A stretch of DNA of 61,465 bases from an uncultured Verrucomicrobiota bacterium. Lineage in GTDB: Bacteria > Verrucomicrobiota > Kiritimatiellia > RFP12 > UBA3636. The stretch covers positions 1-61,465 of the forward strand of contig CASEAR010000099.1 in the NCBI GenBank assembly GCA_949285835.1, written 5' to 3'. Both the position numbers and the translations under genes were made by a program. Shown one piece after another: positions 56,166-61,465 of this stretch; the stretch's first letter is position 1, and the number at the start of each line of letters is the position of its first letter. The notes beneath the pieces are model-generated. The model did no database searches and was not told the DNA's origin. It saw nothing but the letters and a program-made list of their open reading frames with translations.

Positions 56166-56346
56166 AAAAGGTATGGAATCTGCCAGTCATGATCGTATTT
56201 TAACCACGTTTATTTCCGGAAAGCTTTTCGCCTGAATGAAGGGACGGCTGCTTGTTCCACGCACATTGAGACTCGTTCCGAGCCACAGAGAACGCAGCCG
56301 CGAGATGTCTTTCTGAAATCCTTATCCTGCAACCACCGGGTATACT

Positions 56347-59300
56347 ATGAAAATCAAGGCTATATGCATCTCGTGTATAACAGCGGCATCGGTTTCCGCA
56401 CTTTTCGGCGGCACGTTTGAAGATGAATGGTTTAAGGTCGTTACACCCGACAAAGTTACTCCAAATATCGGATTCCAAGTACTTGTAACTTTGAAGAAGG
56501 ACCTGAGTCATGGCGAAAACGTATCTGTCCACATGCACCAATTCGGAAAAGACGGAAAGTGGATGAATACTGGAGAATGGCGTCCTCCTCAGGAAATGAA
56601 AAAGAACGAAACAAAAGCGTTTATTTTTACGGCCAAAGGAGACTCTGAAAAATTCGGGCACTATGGGCCATTCGTATTCTCTGCGCCGGACGGCAATTTT
56701 GACAAGGCGACGCATAAGCTCTTCTGCGGAACAATATCCTGGTCGATCTCGCCCGAAGAGGCCGCCAGACGCGCCGCTGAAGCTGAGGAGAAAGCGAGAA
56801 GAGAAAAGCCGCCGGCCGGAATAACGTACAAAAAAAGCTGGATTGAAGTAAAAGGCATATACGCTCACGGGACAAACAGAGAACTGAACGCCGTCACTGA
56901 GGGTGAACCTTTCGACATCGAGGCCGAATATTATCTTGACCCGTCTGAATACTGGAACAACAAGGCTCATATCGCCTTTATGCCGTGCGGCCCATGGATC
57001 GACAACCCGGACGGGGAGTATACCAAAAACCGGCAGCACATAAATATTCCCGGAACCGGATGGGATTTCAAGGCGGTAAAACCCGGTCGCGGAACCGTTC
57101 GAAGCACGCAGAAAATAAGCTCCGCATTCAGGTACAATTCCCTATTCTACCACGTCAGGTTCCGCGGTGGAAACGACGTGGATTTCCCATGGTCAAAAAT
57201 TGCCGCAATACCGAAGATCATAAGAAGGATAAACGGTTTTGACATTGTTGCGCCCGTATCAGGAGGCCTGTTTGTCGAAGGACAGGAGGCTCCGTTCGTA
57301 AATCTCATTTCGGGAGAAGGCGCGGCCGGAGGCGAAAGCATTGCTTTGACCGTTTACGGAATAGGGAAAAACGGAGAGGGTGCGCGCAAGCTTATGGAAA
57401 AACGGACCGCGCTCCCGCCTGCGGGCCAGACCAACAGGGTTGAATTGTCCGAGGCGTTCAAAGATTACAGAGGGGTGGCTCTAGTTCACGGAGAAATGAA
57501 CGGCACGGCCGTCGACTCCTTTGTCGGCCTGATTCCCAATACCTCAATTCCGGAATCCGCCGGCCGTATAAATATTTTCGGCGGCACGGACATCCGGACG
57601 GCCGAAGAGGCGGAAACCGCGGAAAAACTCGGGCTGAGCGTGTGCAGGCTTTTCGTAAACTGGTCGACTCTGGTTCCCCAGTATGGAACGTATAAATTCA
57701 AAGCCCTTGACGCTATTGTTGAGAATCTTCTGCTCCACAACATAAAGCCGTGGATACTCCTTGTCGGCGCACCGGAGTGGATACTTCCTGCAAACCTGCA
57801 TTCCGCAGAATTCTGCCCGTTCCCCTTTGACGAAAACGCATGGCGGGAATGCGCTGAAGAGATAACTGAACATTATGCAGACAAGGCGTTTTGCATCGAG
57901 TGGCTGAATGAAATCGTCCCCGGACACTTGACCGACGACCCCGTGGGCGATTACATGCGTTTTTGCAAAACCGGCTTTGAAAAGCTGCGTTCTGCAAACC
58001 CGGAAATCCTCTCTGCAATGGCGGGCGGCCTGTGGCCAAGAAATTACCGCACAGACTTGATTGCTGCTGGCATTGGCAAATACGTAGACGTACTTCCCGT
58101 TCATTACAGCTCATATGAAAGTGTGAAAGAAGCCGTTTCGGACGCTGCGGCGGGGGGAATTCCTCAGGTTTGGGACAACGAATCCGCCGCGGGAATAAGC
58201 GTCTGGAATATGCCCGGCCTCGAAGCGCTGACCAAAAGCATTATGCAGTCGAGATACGTTATGCGCAATTGGCCCGGCTCCCTGATTGCCGGAGCAAAGG
58301 GAATTATTTATTTCGGCGGAGAAGCCAATCCGGCCGGAAACTGGAAATACCTTCTGGACGAATATACCCCCCGCCCGGTGGCAGCGACTCTGGCCGTCCT
58401 TGCGTCAAAACTGTCTACGGCCAAACCAACGGGAGCAGCGTATCTGGAGCCCGGCGCGCTGCTTTTCACCTTCGAAAAAACGGATGGCTCCGCAATGTTT
58501 TTCCTGTCTTCGGCAAATTCAGATCCCGGCGCTCCCGGCATGCACATAACACTGCCGGTCGGGAACGTGGGCGCCATAAAAAAAACCGACCATCAGGGAA
58601 ATGCCGAAATCATTCCGGCAAGCGGCGGATATGCAAAACTTAAAGTTTCAGCTATGCCGCAGATTTACGAGGGAGCCGAACTTCCTCAGCTGGCCGTACT
58701 GTCTTCCATGGAAATTGAGGGGCAGGACTGCATGTCGCCTCTGCCTTCCGTAAGAATTGCGCAAGGCACCGAACCGAATATAAACATATCCGTGTCCAAC
58801 CCGCTGAGTACGAACATCGTCGGTACGCTGTCCCTGACAATAGATAAACGGAAAACAGGAAGCAGGCAGTTTTCACTGCTTCCGGGAGAGCACAAAAATC
58901 TCTCTTTCCACCTTGATTTTGTACCGGACGGAAAAACTTCCGGGAACGTGGAACTTACGTGGGAAAATTTCAACGCATCGGCTTCCCGGAAAATTGCCGT
59001 GGAGGTCATAAATCCTGAAAGTTTGGGCAACCTGGTGAAAAATCCGGGTTTTGAGTCAGGCGGCGGCTCAATGAACGGCTGGACGGGGCAGGGCCGCGTC
59101 ATCGCTCTGGACAAAACCATTCCCGGAGGAAGCGGGCATGCCGCCTCCATTGACCATTGCAGCGGCTACAATCAATTCTTCCAGCAAATAGAGATTCCAT
59201 CGCCCGGAATGGACTATTTGTATACGGCATGGATGAAAACTGAAAATATGTATGCCGGGTCAAATGTTTCAGTAATCAAAAAGGACGGCTCCGTGCGCGA

Positions 59301-60129
59301 CATGTATATCGTAAACGTGTTCCAGGCGCCCCGAACCACGCCGGGATGGCAGTTCATGACCAAGCGCATAAGCACATCCGCTGACGATGTCAAAATACAG
59401 CTTCAGCCCGTCGCGAAAGGGGAAGATGGATACGCTTTGTATGACAATATCAGGCTGACTGTCTATGAAGGAACCGACTATTCAATAGAAGCCGGTTTTT
59501 CCGAAAAACCAAAAATTGTGGACGGAGATCTGTCAGACTGGGATAAAACGAATCCCATGCCTCTTCTCTGCGCAAATCAGGTCATATCCTCCGGCGGATA
59601 TGCCTGGTCGCCGGAAAATGTTTCCGGGAAAGCCTTTTTCTCATGGGATTCCGACGCACTGTACATAGGCGCCGAGGTTTTCGACGACAAGCATTGCGCG
59701 CTGACGGGCGAAAAAGCAAAATCGGGAGACTCTCTGCAAATAGGACTCCATCCTGCATACAGAAAGCCTGACACCGGCGGCAATGCTGTAGAATGGCTCA
59801 TTTCTTCTGCATCGCCCGGAGGAGGGTCCGGCAAACATACAATCTTCCGGCCGCCGTCACATTGTGCAGGATTGAAAAGCGGGCAGCTTGCCAAAGACTC
59901 TTCTGTTTACGATGTCTGCATAAAAACCGAAGGACAAACCACCGTTTATGAAATCCGCATTCCCTGGAGCGAAACGGGAGGATTCCGGCCGCAAGCAGGC
60001 GCAGGTCTGGGGCTGTCCGTCCGGCTGCACGACAGCGATGGAGACGACGCACACGGCATTGTTTCATGGGGACTGGGTCTGGAACCATGGCATCCTGAGT
60101 CGTTCGGTTCCCTAAAACTGGTAAAGTAG
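56347..60129 (+). CDS. very large secreted multidomain glycoside hydrolase (clan GH-A-like core, CBM-like modules, CBM9-like C-module)
   Basis: 1260 aa with a signal peptide. FCIEWLNEIVPGH (candidate NE), VWDNESAAG (candidate nucleophile). CBM4/9-like NLVKNPGFESGG... and the C-terminal ALYIGAEVFDDKH...VYEIRIPWSETG are CBM9-like. The layout parallels 43539-47402. Confidence 0.7.
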   Translation: MKIKAICISCITAASVSALFGGTFEDEWFKVVTPDKVTPNIGFQVLVTLKKDLSHGENVSVHMHQFGKDGKWMNTGEWRPPQEMKKNETKAFIFTAKGDSEKFGHYGPFVFSAPDGNFDKATHKLFCGTISWSISPEEAARRAAEAEEKARREKPPAGITYKKSWIEVKGIYAHGTNRELNAVTEGEPFDIEAEYYLDPSEYWNNKAHIAFMPCGPWIDNPDGEYTKNRQHINIPGTGWDFKAVKPGRGTVRSTQKISSAFRYNSLFYHVRFRGGNDVDFPWSKIAAIPKIIRRINGFDIVAPVSGGLFVEGQEAPFVNLISGEGAAGGESIALTVYGIGKNGEGARKLMEKRTALPPAGQTNRVELSEAFKDYRGVALVHGEMNGTAVDSFVGLIPNTSIPESAGRINIFGGTDIRTAEEAETAEKLGLSVCRLFVNWSTLVPQYGTYKFKALDAIVENLLLHNIKPWILLVGAPEWILPANLHSAEFCPFPFDENAWRECAEEITEHYADKAFCIEWLNEIVPGHLTDDPVGDYMRFCKTGFEKLRSANPEILSAMAGGLWPRNYRTDLIAAGIGKYVDVLPVHYSSYESVKEAVSDAAAGGIPQVWDNESAAGISVWNMPGLEALTKSIMQSRYVMRNWPGSLIAGAKGIIYFGGEANPAGNWKYLLDEYTPRPVAATLAVLASKLSTAKPTGAAYLEPGALLFTFEKTDGSAMFFLSSANSDPGAPGMHITLPVGNVGAIKKTDHQGNAEIIPASGGYAKLKVSAMPQIYEGAELPQLAVLSSMEIEGQDCMSPLPSVRIAQGTEPNINISVSNPLSTNIVGTLSLTIDKRKTGSRQFSLLPGEHKNLSFHLDFVPDGKTSGNVELTWENFNASASRKIAVEVINPESLGNLVKNPGFESGGGSMNGWTGQGRVIALDKTIPGGSGHAASIDHCSGYNQFFQQIEIPSPGMDYLYTAWMKTENMYAGSNVSVIKKDGSVRDMYIVNVFQAPRTTPGWQFMTKRISTSADDVKIQLQPVAKGEDGYALYDNIRLTVYEGTDYSIEAGFSEKPKIVDGDLSDWDKTNPMPLLCANQVISSGGYAWSPENVSGKAFFSWDSDALYIGAEVFDDKHCALTGEKAKSGDSLQIGLHPAYRKPDTGGNAVEWLISSASPGGGSGKHTIFRPPSHCAGLKSGQLAKDSSVYDVCIKTEGQTTVYEIRIPWSETGGFRPQAGAGLGLSVRLHDSDGDDAHGIVSWGLGLEPWHPESFGSLKLVK

Positions 60130-60299
60130 CCGTTTACGCAAAAGCCACACGCACGGATGAAAACCTTTTTCTCCGCGCCTTCCGCTGCGTTTTGCCGCCA
60201 GCTCGTTTTCCTGTCCAGCTGTTCAAAGAGAAGTCACGCAGGAAACACCGTATGCGCGGGCGGCACACCCGCGCAGAGCACGTGCGCGCGCAGCACCCT

Positions 60300-60333
60300 G
60301 AACGGCGCGCAGCACTCTCTCTGCGCGCCGTTC
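60300..60333. terminator. 13-bp perfect GC-rich hairpin (GAACGGCGCGCAG / CTGCGCGCCGTTC) in the convergent gap
   Basis: Read directly from the sequence. No clean T-run follows, so it may act as a bidirectional stop between 56347-60129(+) and 60553-61302(-). Confidence 0.45.
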
Positions 60334-60552
60334 TGCGCTCTGTTTCAGGCCATCCGATACCCCGGCGGCTGCAGATTCGTCCATTTGCCGAGCATCCCGC
60401 GTCGTCAAGTAAGTTTCAGACCATCCGGCTCTACGGCGGCCGCGGATTCACCCCACACGCGCCGCCGTGGAATCAAAATATGCCGACCCCGCGCGCCAGA
60501 CGCGCCAGAGATAAAAGAAACCGGGCGTAACATCTGACGGAACAGCCTGAAA

Positions 60553-61302
60553 TTACAGGGGCTCTGAAAGACGCCAAACCATGCTCGCCGCGCCCTGATG
60601 CTCGGACAAAACGCCTTCCAGATCAAAACCCTTTTTTGGAGACCATTTCCAAACCACACGGCTCTCTTTCATCGCCGCATCGGCAATATATTCTTCCGAA
60701 GGCTGTTTTCCGCATGCCGCACTTACGGCGTCTGCCAGTTCTTTTATCGAAGGCGGATTCATGAAAACCGCAGATATGGACCGCATTTTACCGTCGACAA
60801 AAACGATTTCCACATCGGCTTCAAGCCCGAGAACGCCGTCACATCCTGAAATGGCCAACCCATTTGCCGTATCTGCAATCGCGGTATAATTCATGGCTGC
60901 ATCGTAGCACCTCTGCCGTGCAACGTCTTTCGACATGATCCAATCCGCACACGGCAGCGGCGACCAGATGCCGTACGCGCTTCTCCATCCGTCGCCACCG
61001 GACGGGGCGGACAAAAGGACTCCCGCTTCCGGGGCTTTTCCGAGAGGGACGGCTCCCCGGGGCTCTCCATCGTTGTTCAGCTCTATAACTGCCGCAAATA
61101 CATTTCCTCCCAGCGAAATATCCGCCATTCCGTCAACAACCGGACGGGTGCAAATCTCCCGCAAGGCGAAGTCAATAAAACGGCATGTGCCGGATGAAGT
61201 TCTCGGGAACACCAGCGTAAGCTCTACCTTGTCAACCTTCACGGGGGCGCGTCCCGCATTGGATACGGCGGCTCCGGCCTGCCGCGGAGAAACAAACCTC
61301 AA
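60553..61302 (-). CDS. hypothetical protein
   Basis: 249-aa ORF with normal amino-acid composition and no competing frame. I recognised no motif. Confidence 0.5.
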   Translation of the reverse strand: MRFVSPRQAGAAVSNAGRAPVKVDKVELTLVFPRTSSGTCRFIDFALREICTRPVVDGMADISLGGNVFAAVIELNNDGEPRGAVPLGKAPEAGVLLSAPSGGDGWRSAYGIWSPLPCADWIMSKDVARQRCYDAAMNYTAIADTANGLAISGCDGVLGLEADVEIVFVDGKMRSISAVFMNPPSIKELADAVSAACGKQPSEEYIADAAMKESRVVWKWSPKKGFDLEGVLSEHQGAASMVWRLSEPL

Positions 61303-61380
61303 ATTCGGAATTTTGCTCCAGTCAACCTAAATTCGGCAGTTGGATGATGAAAATCATCTCTTGAGACGATGATTTTACGC

Positions 61381-61410
61381 CCGCTTCCGTCATTTCGGAA
61401 GCGGTTTTTT
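61381..61410 (+). terminator. orphan rho-independent terminator (CCGCTTCCG-TCATTT-CGGAAGCGG + TTTTTT)
   Basis: Read directly from the sequence. It is preceded by a second 9-bp hairpin (AAAATCATC / GATGATTTT, 61350-61376). There is no plus-strand CDS upstream of it. Confidence 0.6.
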
Positions 61411-61465
61411 CTTTTCGACTCAGTTCTCTTTATCCGAAAAGAGCGAGAGGCTCTGGAAGCAAGCC

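Noticed and set aside
56200-57039. 279-aa minus-strand ORF overlapping the start of the 1260-aa gene.
   Set aside because: It is antisense to a signal-peptide-bearing, motif-rich gene, and its composition is Arg/Phe/Ser-biased.
60157-60537. 126-aa plus-strand ORF and other ORFs in the 60130-60552 gap.
   Set aside because: They are Arg/Ala/Cys-rich and span a 13-bp GC hairpin that looks like a terminator. No start context or motif.

Overview
This is a 61.5-kb bacterial chromosomal window. The gene content (dense glycoside hydrolases, LacI regulators, and many secreted autotransporter-associated beta-strand-repeat (PATR) proteins that lack a translocator barrel) suggests a glycan-degrading member of the PVC group (Lentisphaerota/Verrucomicrobiota-like). 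That taxonomic placement is inference only.

The left 11 kb holds a minus-strand, translationally coupled operon (ribokinase, MgtC-like, beta-helix GH28-like, NadA, two B12-radical-SAM genes). It also holds a divergent plus-strand set: eukaryote-type hexokinase, plant-type glucuronokinase-like GHMP kinase, thioredoxin, and a GT-C-like membrane protein.

The rest is mostly repeated glycan-utilisation cassettes built from the same parts: a LacI regulator, a secreted beta-strand-repeat or beta-helix protein, and a large secreted clan GH-A-like hydrolase. GH5, GH38, GH78-like and right-handed beta-helix enzymes are also present. An EF-G paralogue, a tRNA-Phe(GAA) abutted by a truncated IS transposase remnant, and a YD-like tandem-repeat lipoprotein are interspersed.

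The most unusual unannotated signal is a three-copy intergenic repeat family (about 6.06-6.39 kb, 43.14-43.29 kb, 49.94-50.23 kb). All three copies keep an in-frame 28-32 aa hydrophobic micro-ORF, always co-directional with and about 75-175 nt upstream of the next minus-strand gene.

Other points worth follow-up:
- A recurrent ultra-short hydrophobic-plus-basic C-terminal tail on the beta-strand-repeat proteins.
- CG-centred operator-like palindromes at the LacI operons.
- Several long non-coding gaps with repeats or hairpins.

No CRISPR array, rRNA or intact mobile element was seen. All family assignments come from motif recognition by eye and need HMM/BLAST confirmation.
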